A DNA stretch of 62,840 nt, counting the filler, from Vannella sp. (Eukaryota), in NCBI GenBank assembly GCA_023345925.1. It is 5 parts of 5 records of this genome, joined end to end, with 100 filler letters (N's around TTAATTAATTAA, not from the genome) between each part and the next. Parts side by side here need not be neighbours in the genome. Positions count along the whole stretch, not along the records: positions 47,062 to 54,676 come from JAJQQN010000199.1; positions 54,777 to 62,840 come from JAJQQN010001253.1; 3 more parts are not named here. The stretch is one strand, 5' to 3'. Below the pieces are notes generated by a model. It saw nothing but the letters and a program-made list of their open reading frames with translations. It searched no databases and was not told the origin of the DNA. This document shows, in pieces, positions 47,212 to 59,042 of the stretch. Each line of letters begins with the position of its first letter. Position 1 is the first letter of the stretch. Made by a program: the position numbers and the translations under genes.

Positions 47212-49128
47212 TTATTCCGGTTTGGCCCGGCGAGACTCCAGCAAGCGGGACTTCTCCAGAAGGACGTTGTTCCGGTCCTCCTTGCGCTTCTGACTTCGCT
47301 TGATGTTGTCGTAAAGGCGTCGGCGACGACGGGAGGGAATGAGGGACTTGGCGAGTTGCTTCTGCTGCTCTTCCTCCTCCAAGGCTCGCTCCTTCTTAGA
47401 CTTCTTCTTTGGCTTCTCCTCTGCCTCTGAATCTTCGTCCTCCATCACATCTGCCCGTGCATCCGAGAAGGATATGCCCTTTTGCTCTGCCTCGAGCTCC
47501 TTCTGGAAGCGTACTTCCTGAGCGTCTTCATCGTCAGACTCTTCTTCCTCGCTGTCATCGTCATCAGACCCGTGGAATACCTCTCCTCGAGCATTGGCAA
47601 CCATTCGGTTGATCTCCTTGGCTCTCTGTGGTACGTATCCTTCTGCCTCGTTGTTGACAAAAGGAGAAAGATGAGGAGGAAGCTTAGAGGTGATGCCGTA
47701 CTCCTCCACAGGAAGGAGAATCTGACTGTTGATACAGTCATACACCCACTGGGGCTGCACAAAGGCCCTGGTGAACTCTGATGTGGGTTTGATGTCACGA
47801 TCGATGATAAAATGCGTGATTCTGGGATCCTGAGAGCCATAAGGAGAGAGATCTCCGTCCCAGGACACTTGTCCTCCGAAAGAACGGATCACAAACTCCA
47901 GAGAATCCTTGGGAACCTCACGTGACAAGAAGAATGCGCACTTGCTGAAGAGGTTCTTGAAGGCCTCCATCTCCTTGTCTTCTGCAGGGGTCTCTGTTTG
48001 GAAGACTTCAGCTTCTTCAATGCCTTCTTCGTCTTCGTCTTCATCGTCCTCCTCCTCGTCTTCCTCTTCAACACCCTTGATAGAGAGGTTGCTTGGAAGA
48101 TCTTTGGCTGCCTTGCTGGCCTTGATCATCGTCTTACCAGTCTCTGTGCTCTCCTTCTCAAGAGGACTGAGAATAACGGCAAAGAGCCCTTCACCTTCGT
48201 CTGCCTTTGCCACGTCAAATTGGGGTGGATAGTGAAGCCCCAAGGAGTTGAAGAGCTTGTAGTTGACAAAGCCCATCAGGGTCTCGTGGAACTCGAGGAA
48301 GTTGAGCATCACACCAATGTCCACGAACCGAGGAACCTCCTGAGCGAACTTGTAGGGAATGATCCAAGTCAGCTTCTCTCCCATCACCTCAGCCTGGTAG
48401 TAGATGCCCTTGATAGAGAGGAAAACCTTCCTCAAAGCACGTTGGCGAATGATGTAACTGATCAGGGTCTGTGAGAACATTCTTCCGCAACCGAGCAACC
48501 ACTCACCTCTGGAACTCGAGAGTTAATCGCCGAACAGAGTTGATCTTCTTCTCAGGGAGTCTTGTGGTGGTTGAGAGCTGAGCGAACAAATGGAGAATGC
48601 ACAGCGCGTCATCAAGGTCCCGAAGTGCGTCGTTGAAGGAGGGATATCTTTCCTTCACGATGTGCGCAAGAGAGTAGCGAGGCTTTTGCTTCTCGATCTC
48701 CTTGAGGCGAGAGATCTTCTCTTTTCGGCCTTGCGCCTTCGTCATTCGCTTCCTCCACGTCTTCTGCTCTCGGAGCTTAGCCAAGATGGGATCGTGCATG
48801 AGGAACATAATGTCTTTGGTGAGATAGTACGTCTTATCCTTTCCTGCTGTCTTGCGGTTGGGCTCGCGAGGATACACGCCTTTCAAGATGCATAGTTTCC
48901 TGGGACCACCATCAGATCAAGAAGAGGGTACAATGGATAAAGAAGATCATCGACTGAGATCAAGACACGTACCGGAACTCTTGAAGAGAGATTTGTAGCT
49001 TCCGTACCGCTTTCGTTCGAGTCATGTAATCCACTGCCGACCCTTCCTCTCCCTTCTACTCATTGCCTTGATCAGCTACATTCTATCGCACCACGGAGTG
49101 ATCAACACACCTTCTTGAGACGACCCAT
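47212..49128 (-). CDS. PES1: Pescadillo/Nop7 ribosome biogenesis factor
   Basis: [36 protein letters not shown]...[20 protein letters not shown]. Confidence 0.97.
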
Positions 49129-49324
49129 GGCGGAAGGAGACTACAGAAAGCTCCCAATTGCCATATTGCGGAGTTATTTTGCGTTTATTTTGGACCTTGG
49201 ATGTGGTCTTGCGTCTCCCTTTGAGCATCAGAAGCATGTAGTTATGAGTTTATTCGAGTGCTGTAAAATGAGATCTCATCAGTGAGGGGTGAGGGAGCTG
49301 TCCCCTTCTAACAGGCGCGATCGT

Positions 49325-49588
49325 CTACTTTAGCTTTTTAAACAGTTTCCCGGCGACCTAAAATAACGGGAACCATCAGTGAATCAGTTGACCATGGTTG
49401 TTAAGACCTACGTGACCGTCCAGGCAGTGGAGATAGTCGTGATACCATCCCTCGCATGTCTGTCCTTCTGGGAAGTTTTTAGCTTCAAGACGAGCCCCGC
49501 AGGCCTCATATTCCTTCCATTGTTTGATGCAGCTACTGTGGTACTGCTGATCCAGTTCCTTGCGCAGGGAGCAGAGGTTGTCAGACAT
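49325..49588 (-). CDS. UQCRH: Cytochrome bc1 hinge subunit (QCR6)
   Basis: C...YEACGARL...CEGWYHDYLHCLDGH|VAGKLFKKLK. Confidence 0.85.
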
Positions 49589-49809
49589 GAGTGCGGCAAA
49601 CTATGTCAGACCAAACTCCTCTTCCCACTCAAGCTTTATTTTTTTCAATTTAATAAAATACTTCGTTTTATCATTCGCCTTGGTTGGGTGACGAAGAGAC
49701 TTGGAAGAAGTTCGTTTCCGGGAACTTGCGAAAGTCGGAAATATCCTGGTTTGGAGACTTCTCCTCTTACAAGGGATTCAGGTTCTTTGGCCACTTATTT
49801 TTGGGCTCC

Positions 49810-52800
49810 ATGGCGGAGCGTCTACTTAACTTCAACGAGCCTTTGGATGTGCCTTTGTTGGAGACGGTACTGCAGGTTGTGTACACCTCTGGTGACGCCA
49901 ACGAGGTAGGTCGTAGGTCCTAGGAGAAGAGGACGGGGCCTCATCTTGTGTAGCGGGGAGCAGCTCAAAATGTGCTAGCAAAGTTCAAGGAGCATCCAGA
50001 TGCATGGACGAGGGTCGATACTATCCTCTCGCAAGCTCATAGACAGGAAACCAAGTTTTTCGCTCTTCAAGTACTACAACCCGTCATCCAGTTCCACTGG
50101 AAGGCTCTTCCACGCGATCAATGTGATGGTATCCGTAACTTCATTGCAGAGAGGGTAATCCAGCTCTCTGCCACTGAGGAGTCGCTTCGACAGCAAAAGC
50201 TCTTTCTTCAAAAGCTCAACGAGACCCTCGTGAAGGTCAGAAGACTCTGGGGAATGGGAGAGCATTGACTGAAGATGCTTCACAGATCATTAGACAAGAA
50301 TGGCCCCGCAACTGGTCGAACTTCATTGGAGAGATCGTCTCCGCGAGCCAAACTAACGAAACAGTCTGCGAGAACAACATGATCATCTTGGCGATGTTAA
50401 GGTACGTTACAGGCACCTTGTGTACCTCTGTATCTGGCGAGAGGCTGACAGGCAGGTAGCGAGGAGATCTTTGATTTCGCAGAAGGGAAGATGACCACGG
50501 CAAAGACCAATGAGCTTAAACAGCAGTTCAACAGCGAGTTCTCAATGATCTATCAGCTCTGTGAGATGGTTCTGATTAACTCTAAGAAGCCTTCTTTGCT
50601 TGTGGTGTCGCTCAATGCTCTCCTCGGCTTCCTCTCTTGGATCCCCATCGGTTACGTCTTTGAAACTAAGATGGTGGAGCTCCTTACTAACAGAGTGGGT
50701 ACCACCAGCCTCCTCTTCCTCCCAGAGGCTAACATTGACGATCTAGTTCATGCCTGAGCCTATGTTCCGTAACTCTGCCGTCAAGTGTTTAGCTGAGATC
50801 GGGAGCATCAAGATCAGTGAAGAGTATGATCGACACTTTGCTCAGCTCCTGGCCTTTGTGATGAAGCGCTTAGTGTTGATCGTGCCGCCCCAGGCGGACA
50901 TCGCCAATGCTTTTGCAAAGGGGTCTTCAGAGGACAAGAAGTTCATTCAGAACCTTGCTCTCTTCTTCTGCGGCTTCTTCAAAGAGCACTTGGGGCCGTG
51001 TGAACGCGATGACGCCACCCGACCCTTTGTAGTTGAGGCTCACCAGTACCTCGCTCGTATCTCGATGGTGGACGACGACGAAGTTTTCAAGATCTGCTTA
51101 GAGTACTGGAACACGCTCGCTTCTGACCTGTTCCACAACGAGTTTGCCAAGGTCAACTCCATGTGCGGAGAATCCCGCGTTTTGATGCTCTCCAGCACCA
51201 CACAGGCGAAGCTGTCTCCTCGATTGGAACTTTACAATGATATCCTTGATCATGTGCGTGTCGCCATGGTGACTCGCATGGCTAAGCCAGAGGAAGTTTT
51301 GATCGTTGAGGACGAGAATGGCGAGCTCGTGCAAGAAGAGCAACCAGACACAGATGAACTGATATTGTACAATACCATGCGCGACACTTTAGTCTTCCTG
51401 ACTCACCTCAATTCGCACAACACCACCGAGATCTTGAAGGACAAGATGAACCGCCAAGTGAACTCGAACGATTGGAGTTGGAATGGGCTCAACACAATCT
51501 GCTGGGCAATCGGATCTATCAGTGGAACGCTCTCTGTTGAAGCAGAGAAGAGATTCCTGGTGTATGTCATCAAGGAATTGTTGACAATGTGCGAAGTGAC
51601 TCGCGGGAAGGATAACAAGGCAGTCATTGCCAGTGACATCATGTACATTGTGGGCCAATACCCTCGGTTCCTTCAAGCCCATTGGAAGTTCCTTTGCACT
51701 GTCATCAACAAGCTCTTCGAGTTCATGAGGGAGAAGTTCCCTGGTGTGCGGAAGATGGCTTGTGAAACCTTCCTCAAGATTGCCAAATCCTGCCAAACTC
51801 AGTTCGCCATTAACCGCGAGAAGGACACGCAGCCGTTCCTTGTTGAGGTGATCGAAACAATCGGTGGGAAGACTCAAGATCTTGAGCCACCTCAGGTTGT
51901 TGTATTCTATGAGGCTCTTGGTCACATGATTGCGGCGAACCCTGAGCAATTCCGTCAAATGCTGGTTGAGAGTTGCATGCGGATTCCCAACACCCGCTGG
52001 AGAGAGATTATCGTGCAAGCCTCTCAGAACATCGCTATCCTACAAGAGATTACAACAGCTAAGGCTATTGTAGCTGTGCTCAGAATCAACGTTCGTATCG
52101 CTACTTCCCTTGGTCCTTCCTACAAGTACCAGCTTGGCCCTTTGTTCCTGGAGATTCTGCACATCTACAGAGCTTACTCGGAAGCTATTTCGAAGATCAT
52201 CGCCACACAGGGTCCTCAAGCAGCCAAACACATCAACATTCGGAGCTACCGCGCCGTGAAAAGGGAAGCCCTTCGCCTTTTCTCTGCCTTCATACAGAGC
52301 ACCGATGACAACGCCCTCCTCCTGAAAGAATTCACTCCTCTTCTTCTTCAGGCAGTGCTGACTGATTACACCACAAACATCCCAGACGCTCGTGACCCAG
52401 AAGTCCTGTCGCTTATGACAGCCATTATTTCTAAACTCCGAGGAGATATGACCAGCGAAGTCCCCCGAATCTTCGCGAATATGTTTGAATGCACAATTGC
52501 CATGATTCAGACCAACTTTGAGGATTTCCCTGAGCACCGAATCAACCTCTTTAACCTCTTACGGGTCATCAACAACTATTGCTTCCCTGGTAAGTTACTC
52601 TCTTAGGCCAAATCTGAGCGGACACTCTGACCTATTGACTTGTTTTTAGCCTTCTTTGCGATTCCTCCGGCTCAGTTCAAGCTTGCCATTGATTCCATTG
52701 TCTGGGCTTTCAAGCACACAATGCGTAACATTGCTGACACTGGCTTGACGATCCTCAAAGAGTTGTGGGTGAATATTCAAACCTCAGAAGCTGCTACCAC

Positions 52801-53293
52801 CTTCTACAAGCACTATCTCCTCAGCTTCCTCAAGGACATCTTAGCGGTTATGACCGACACTCTCCACAAGTCCAGCTTCCCTCTCCATGCGACCATTTTG
52901 ATGATGATTTTCCAATCTGTCAAGTGCGGGAACGTTGCCATTCCTTTGTGGGACCCTTCTACCGCCCAGTTTGCGAGTAATCAAGAGTTCCTCCCTGCCT
53001 ACATGATCAACTTGATTGGCACCTCTTTCACTAATCTCTCCTCGTACGTTTGACTCGCTCAAGGGGAAGCTCACGTTAACCTCTCTGCCAGGTCCCAGGT
53101 TCAAGCCTTCGTTGTAGGCCTCTTCCAGTCATGCGATGACCTTTCTCTCTTCAAGAGACATCTCCGAGACTTCTTGGTGCAGATGAAAGAGTTTGGAGAA
53201 GACAATGCCGAACTCTACCTCGACGAGAAGGAGGCCATGGAGCGACAATTGCAGTCCGCCCGCTCCCAGATTCCTGGCATGAACAAGCAGTAA
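49810..53293 (+). CDS. XPO1: Exportin-1 / CRM1, multi-exon
   Basis: HPDAWTRVD, CENNM, RMAKPEEVLIVEDENGE, CWAIGSISG, RGKDNKAVIAS, FPEHR. Confidence 0.98.
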
Positions 53294-53367
53294 GACACCC
53301 TCGCCCCATATCCACCCCATTGCACTGCTATTGAGTATAAACTGCCAACTTTCCAGCAGAAGACTCT

Positions 53368-54447
53368 TTACATTGCCACTGCTGACGCCCGTCCCAGAAG
53401 GAAGTAGTAGAACATGTTGGCCACTAACCTTCCAGTGCGGTAGTCTTCCACAAGAGGATTGAACTCGGATAGATCGACCAAAGCCACGTTGGGACTGGTT
53501 CCCGCCAAAAAGCAAATGTCACACGCCTCCTCGGCAGTGAGGCCGACGGTTCCTGGACAGCTAACACCCTGCACACAAAGTGATTAGCTCATAGGGAGGC
53601 ATGGGTTAGAGGACGTACAGGGCAGTCTGAGCCGCGAATCGAGTCAATGTCGAAGGACAGAAAAGTGCGATCTGATGGGTCTTCTGATCTCAAGTGGGGG
53701 AGAAGAGGCTGGCAACACGCAGAATTAAATGGCAGTCGAATGCTGTTGTCCGTAGAGTAGCCCCTGGGAATGTCAGAGAGCCAAACAATCGATCCTTTTC
53801 CGCTATTTGTGACAAAGTCGGCGTGGGCTTGGCTGCATTGGCTCCCTTGAGCAGCAAACTCCACGAAGTGGCAGCCTTTAGCCTTCCACTCTGAGCTCTC
53901 TAAAAGCATAAAGAAGGGAGAGCCACTGTGTACTTTCCCTTCCTTCAAAGGGCGGACATCCAAGTGAGCATCGACATTGATCACAGTAACTCGATGATCG
54001 GGAAGGCCATGTTGGAGAAGACCCATAGCGTTAGGGAAGGATTGATCATTGCCTCCTCCAATAACAAAAGGAGTGGCTCCTAGGAGGAGAATGGAGGCCA
54101 CACGCTCTCGTAGAAGTGCGTGGGCCTCCTCTAAAGAGGAGGCACCTTCCCCCACATTGCCACTATCACTGATTATCAGGCACCGTAGGTCAGTCTGATA
54201 CTCAGGATTCACCACTAAACTGTATGAGTTCTCTTTAAACGCTCCTAGAATGGACAAGCGTACCTGTCCCCATCTTTTGGATGAAGAAACGGGCTCGGTC
54301 GGGTCCTTGAGACGCCCCGACTCTCCCTCCATTCCGTGCCACCCCCTCATCCCAAGGGAACCCTACCAAGACCACCTCCGGCTTCTCCTTTCTTGTCTGC
54401 TCCCACTCCACCACAATCGAGCCCATTCGAGGGTCGTCCGTCACCAT
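53368..54447 (-). CDS. hutG: Formiminoglutamase (arginase/ureohydrolase family)
   Basis: DDPRMG, GFPWDEGVARNGGRVGA, GGGNDQS, DAHLDVR, HSGSPF, SFDIDS, PGVSCPG, EFNP. Confidence 0.85.
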
Positions 54448-54621
54448 CGGCCCTCTTCCAACAACAAAATGCTTCCATTTCACCCCTTGGTCGCTTAAAT
54501 CATCTTTCTGGTTACGCAAAACCTGCATTTCCCCCCGCAGGAGCCTCTCAGAGCAGTTAGGGTCAGAGAAAATCCACAAGTAAAGGGAACAGGGGGGCAG
54601 AACTCGTTCTTCTGCGTAGCT

Positions 54622-54676
54622 TGCCCTGATGACCTCCATCTCTTCAGGATAAGCTTTTGGACTGATTTCATTTTTT
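54622..54676 (-). repeat. Copy 4 of dispersed element, running to contig end
   Basis: + strand TGCCCTGATGACCTCCATCTCTTCAGGATAAGCTTTTGGACTGATTTCATTTTTT. Confidence 0.9.
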
Positions 54677-54776
54677 NNNNNNNNNNNNNNNNNNNNNNNN
54701 NNNNNNNNNNNNNNNNNNNNTTAATTAATTAANNNNNNNNNNNNNNNNNNNNNNNNNNNNNNNNNNNNNNNNNNNN
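54677..54776. other. Artificial contig linker
   Basis: N44-TTAATTAATTAA-N44. Confidence 0.98.
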
Positions 54777-55920
54777 CTCCATAGTGCGATTGAGCCACTA
54801 TTTGACAAAGTGGCGTATCGGCTCCCATTCGGGCTGAAGCAGACTTTTTGAATTTGGTCGCGATTGCTAACCGACTGGTAGATAAAGCGGAGCGTGCGAA
54901 GTACATTTCTCCGCTTGGCAAGGTTACGACTGTGGGCTGATCCGCCGGTGGAGCTGAATAGGAGCTGATAGAATGGCTCTTCTTGAAGAAGTCTCCAAAG
55001 AGATATCGAATGGCTGCTTCCCTTTAGCTTGCTCCCACCTCCAAGAGCCAGAATGTCATTGACACAGTCATATGACATGCAAGTGACACTTGCGTGGATC
55101 TTCCCAGCGTACAGCATTCGGTCTCCCGAGCCTAATCGACTCGGTTCACTCCCATCGTGTGGCACATTCACGCGTAGGAGGAATCCTTCCTCACTCAGTA
55201 CAAGGAGTTCCCATGCATCTCTTTCTGTATGATCCTTGGAGTCCCTGAAGCAGATTGCGGTTATCGGAGGGCTCATTCCAAACTGACTTGGCAGAATGTG
55301 GTGAATCACTTTCCGGGCAGGGACGCTGACAACAAGAACTGTTCCGGTAGAAGATGTCAAGACGCCTACGGCTCTCTCATCGCCACTCCAAACCACCTGT
55401 CGGTACCTTTCTGGCTCAGGGTTGATGTGAGTGCGCTGGACAAGCGATAATCCCTCGATAGGCACCATGAAGGAGACTGCAGACCCCTGAAGGATACCAC
55501 CCACGGTTTCCCTTATCAACAAGCCATCTGTCTGCAGCACAGCCACCCAGGCTAAGGATGGAGAAGCCGCCACCCTCCAAGCCACATCCGCGAGTTCCTT
55601 TCTGCCCTCCGCTTCTTGAAAGCCCAGAGCTTCGTGGAGCCCATAGTAGTAGAACACGTCTGTTCACCGCCAGTCAGGTTACCTGCGGGAGGGGGGAAGT
55701 TACCGCCACATACGGACGAAGAAGCGGAAGAGCGTGAGCTGGAAGAGGAGGCGGTACAGCTGCGAGATGGTATAAGCATACGCATATCCTTTGAAGTATT
55801 CAGGCGATAGCGTACCCCTGAAGCAGCGGTGTCGAGGGTATGGTGAGGTGAATCGTAGCTCCAAACAGGCGTAGCCGCCCGCAGACTGTACAAGAGCGAT
55901 CCTGTCATCTCTGTAGTCAT
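54777..55920 (-). CDS. NBAS: NBAS/MIP2-like protein, N-terminal beta-propeller; truncated by contig edge
   Basis: WRVAAS...VAVLQ...IR, YRQVVWS.D, ISLWRLLQEEPFY, FSPNGSRYATL...G.IALW. Confidence 0.7.
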
Positions 55921-56162
55921 CGAGTCCACTGTGCGCTGAAGTGGTGAAGCAAAGGAGGCCGGGCTCTCCTCTTCTGAGCTGAAAACGCCTTCCCGTAGCT
56001 CGCCTGAGCTGCCCGCCATCCCTCTCCTCCAACCGAATGGTCTTTTGGACACTCTCCAGCTTGCTGCTCATGCTTCTGCGCTTGAAACCATCCCAATCTC
56101 TTCAGAGAGCTGCTGTTGGAGGGGGAAGGGAGAAGGGAGCTTGTTTGTTTGGTATACGCCGT

Positions 56163-56697
56163 CTATTCGCTTTCACTTGCATCGCTGTGTGGAGAAGAAA
56201 CCTCTTGGATGAGATGTGAGGACTTTGAGGGGGAAGCGGAGGCTGGGGAGGAAGTGGCGAGGGTTTCTGAGGTGATATCGGAAGGATCTTCGTCGGTGTC
56301 GTTCACACCCAGTGCCAAGTTCATCTCAATGTGTGGAGCATCGTCTTCTACCTTTTCGATGTTGATCTCGTCTGGATCTAGCTCAGACAGCGCCTGGTTG
56401 GACTTTTGGAGAGCAGGCAAGAAGCCACGCACGCGATCAAGAGCTAAGACCCACCCGGAGTTACTCAAAGACCATAATCGATCGTCTCTCAAGAGACAGT
56501 AACTTCAGATGAAGCGGGAAGGAGAGATCCTCACCCGAACTCGGAACGACTCGCTCGATCAAAGGCTTCTCTCGACCTGACAGCAAGAAAGGCTCTACCA
56601 GAGAATCCGCTTAGCGCTTCCTCTCCCTATGATGATCAGCCCTCCCACCTTTCTCCTGAACAAAGAGCAAGTCCTTCTTCACCTCCTTGTCTCCCAT
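56163..56697 (-). CDS. NOPCHAP1: NOP protein chaperone 1 / C12orf45 (DUF4598)-like
   Basis: LDRVRGFLPAL..SN...INIE...HIEMNLALGV...LIQEV. Confidence 0.8.
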
Positions 56698-56791
56698 TCC
56701 CTCCAATGACCTTCTAAATGAATGTATTCCCTCTGAACTTGGACTCATCGCAGAACTGCCCCTTGAAACAAGGTTCAAGATGGCAGCGAAT

Positions 56792-56810
56792 CCCTAAACC
56801 CTAAACCCTA
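56792..56810 (+). repeat. Interstitial telomere-like (CCCTAAA)2CCCTA
   Basis: Read directly from the sequence. Confidence 0.85.
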
Positions 56811-56890
56811 TACTCGTCAAGACTGGATTTTGGAAGGAGCGAGTCTCTTCCAGGAAGTCTTGACAACACATTTCAAACCCTCCCTCGACC

Positions 56891-57436
56891 ATGGGAACCA
56901 GAGGTTGGTGGGGATTCGTGTGGCGAGGGTGGATTTACTACATCTACAATCAGTATGACTGCTACTGGACTCACCTTGGTACTCGCCTCCTGAAAGAGCT
57001 CTTCGAAGCGTTACAGAAGGATTCGTCCCTGCAGTTGTGGAAAGATCAATTGGATGCCAACACTGGCTATCCCTGGTCGAAGGGTCCCAGCCTACCTGAT
57101 TCTGAGCCTTTTGCAAAGAACTATCGCTTTGGGTCTGAACCCATTGTTGCGAGCTTTTTTCAGTCTGATGTGGTTCTCAAACCCTCCTGCCGCCGTGCCC
57201 ACCTTGGAGGTGAGGATTGGATTGAGTTTATCTACACCATCAACCTCGACAAGGAGATCTTTGAGGTTGTCGGAAGCTTTGCAGACGTGAGCGAAGAGTG
57301 GGTTCATGTTGACGACAAGTTCTTCCGTTTCCACACCATCCTGGAGAAGAACGAGGCCATTGCCGAGGATCCCCTGGCTTTCATGACTTCCGTCAAGCAA
57401 TCTGCCATCAAACCCGCTGGCAACCCTAAACCCTAA
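56891..57436 (+). CDS. Intronless uncharacterised MGTRG...YN.YD.Y...LG family protein
   Basis: 181-aa ORF MGTRGWWGFVWRGWIYYIYNQYDCYWTHLG...WIEFIYTINLD. Confidence 0.75.
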   Translation: MGTRGWWGFVWRGWIYYIYNQYDCYWTHLGTRLLKELFEALQKDSSLQLWKDQLDANTGYPWSKGPSLPDSEPFAKNYRFGSEPIVASFFQSDVVLKPSCRRAHLGGEDWIEFIYTINLDKEIFEVVGSFADVSEEWVHVDDKFFRFHTILEKNEAIAEDPLAFMTSVKQSAIKPAGNPKP

Positions 57437-57462
57437 ACCCGCCATTGAATGTTAAACCCTAA
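57422..57462 (+). repeat. Interstitial telomere-like AA(CCCTAAA)2CCC plus TAAACCCTAA
   Basis: Read directly; overlaps the ORF stop codon at 57434-57436. Confidence 0.85.
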
Positions 57463-57540
57463 GCTCTCACGCAGACAGTCTCAAAGAACCGAACCCCATT
57501 CCAGTCCTTTTCTTATCCATTATAAAAGGGTCACTTTTTC

Positions 57541-58355
57541 ATGGGCAAGGCGGAGGAACAGGCGAAGGCGCAGTTGGCCCAAAAGCATCATCTTCACTTG
57601 AAGAGGAAGTTCTTTCATGCGTTCAATGGGCTCCTGATCTTCAGTATCTATCAGAGCGAGGCGGTGGGCTGGCTGCTGGGTGGTGCTATCCTTGTTCCCT
57701 GTGTGGTGTTCGCTTGGGCGCTGGAGATTGGTCGATTGAAGTTCCCTGCAGTGAATGACATGGTAATCAAGTACTCTGGGCACATCATGCGAGCTAATGA
57801 GGTGGCTAAACCTTCTGGTACTCTCTCCCTTGCCCTCAGGGGGACCCACTCACCCTCTTGCAGGCATTTGCTACTTCCTGACAGGCGTTCTGATTGCTGG
57901 CATCTTAGTTCTACCAGATAAGAACGTTCTCTTGCTGAGTATCTTGTACTTGGGGCTTGGTGACCCTTTTGCTTCTGCCTGCGGCATTCTCACTCGTTCT
58001 TTCACCCCAAAGTGTCTTCTCCTTGCCAACGGAAAGTCTCTTGTTGGAACAGCATGTGATATCGTCTTCTGTGGCTTCCTCACTGCTGGATTCCTCCTTT
58101 GGCGCCTCTCTCCCCTTCTCCTCTCGACAGGACAGTTCTACACGTAAGCCTCGTCTCACCTCCCTTGCTGTTCTCTTCTTTGGCTCATTCGTGAGCAGCT
58201 TGGTCATCGGAGGAGGCCTGGCAGGGGGTCTTTCAGAGGCATTCCTTGTTGGTCACTTTATGACAACTTACCTGAACGACAATCTGACCATTCCCATTCT
58301 CTGTTCATTGACTTTGAAAGCGCTTTCGTCCTTGCTTGGAGTCGACCTTCACTAG
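57541..58355 (+). CDS. CTP-dependent lipid kinase (Dgk1/phytol kinase family)
   Basis: RKFFH, MRANE, GLGDPFAS, KSLVGT, DNLTIP; two introns. Confidence 0.88.
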
Positions 58356-58388
58356 ATGAAGCAAATTGAAGTCACTTTTCATTCGCAT

Positions 58389-58482
58389 CTTCGCTCTCTC
58401 CTCTTCTTCTCCTCTCCTCCTCCTCTTCTTCTCCTCTCCTCCTCCTCCTCTCCTTCTCCTCTCATTATTCCTCTTCTTTTTC
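58389..58482 (+). repeat. Polypyrimidine (CTC/CTT) low-complexity tract
   Basis: Almost pure C/T run downstream of the Dgk1-like gene. Confidence 0.8.
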
Positions 58483-59042
58483 AAAGGGAGAAGTTGAAGC
58501 GAGTGGAGAACCTCCAATGGGCTCAATCCTGGCATGAGAAGGAACAAAGGAATGAAGCTTTTAGTGTTTGCAAGGGGATGACCAGGCTTCATTTTTCAGG
58601 ACAAGTCATCCCCTGGAGCCGGAGAGAGAGGGTGGACGCTGGGTGACACGTTCTGGGTTGATCCCCCAGAGGACGCTGAGAGGACATCAAGGGGGCGAAC
58701 CCAAGTTTCGGAGCGAAAGAGATCGTTGTTACGAACCACGGGCCCAGATTTTCGTCTGTCCGCTTAATTGTCCCTGAGGGACAACGGTCATTATCCTCTG
58801 ATAAGGGGACGTCCTACAAAAATGAAGCCTGTTGATGACGTTTCGAAGCCACTCACTTGGCATCTTTTGAGCGCTCGTGGTCAGGGCTGGATTCTGATTG
58901 GTCAGGCTTTCTGCGAGGTCTTTCCTTGCTTTGAACGCCCAAATTGGTGTTTTTATAAATGATTGATTTGGGGAAAGGAGTCAAAGGGTTGGGCTTTTTA
59001 AGGGCCTTTTTGGTCATTTCTTCGTGGAAAGGCGTCTTTGGG

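Noticed and set aside
7206..54676. CRISPR array interpretation of the repeat
   Set aside because: The copies are single and dispersed on different contigs, with no spacers and no cas genes, in a eukaryotic context.
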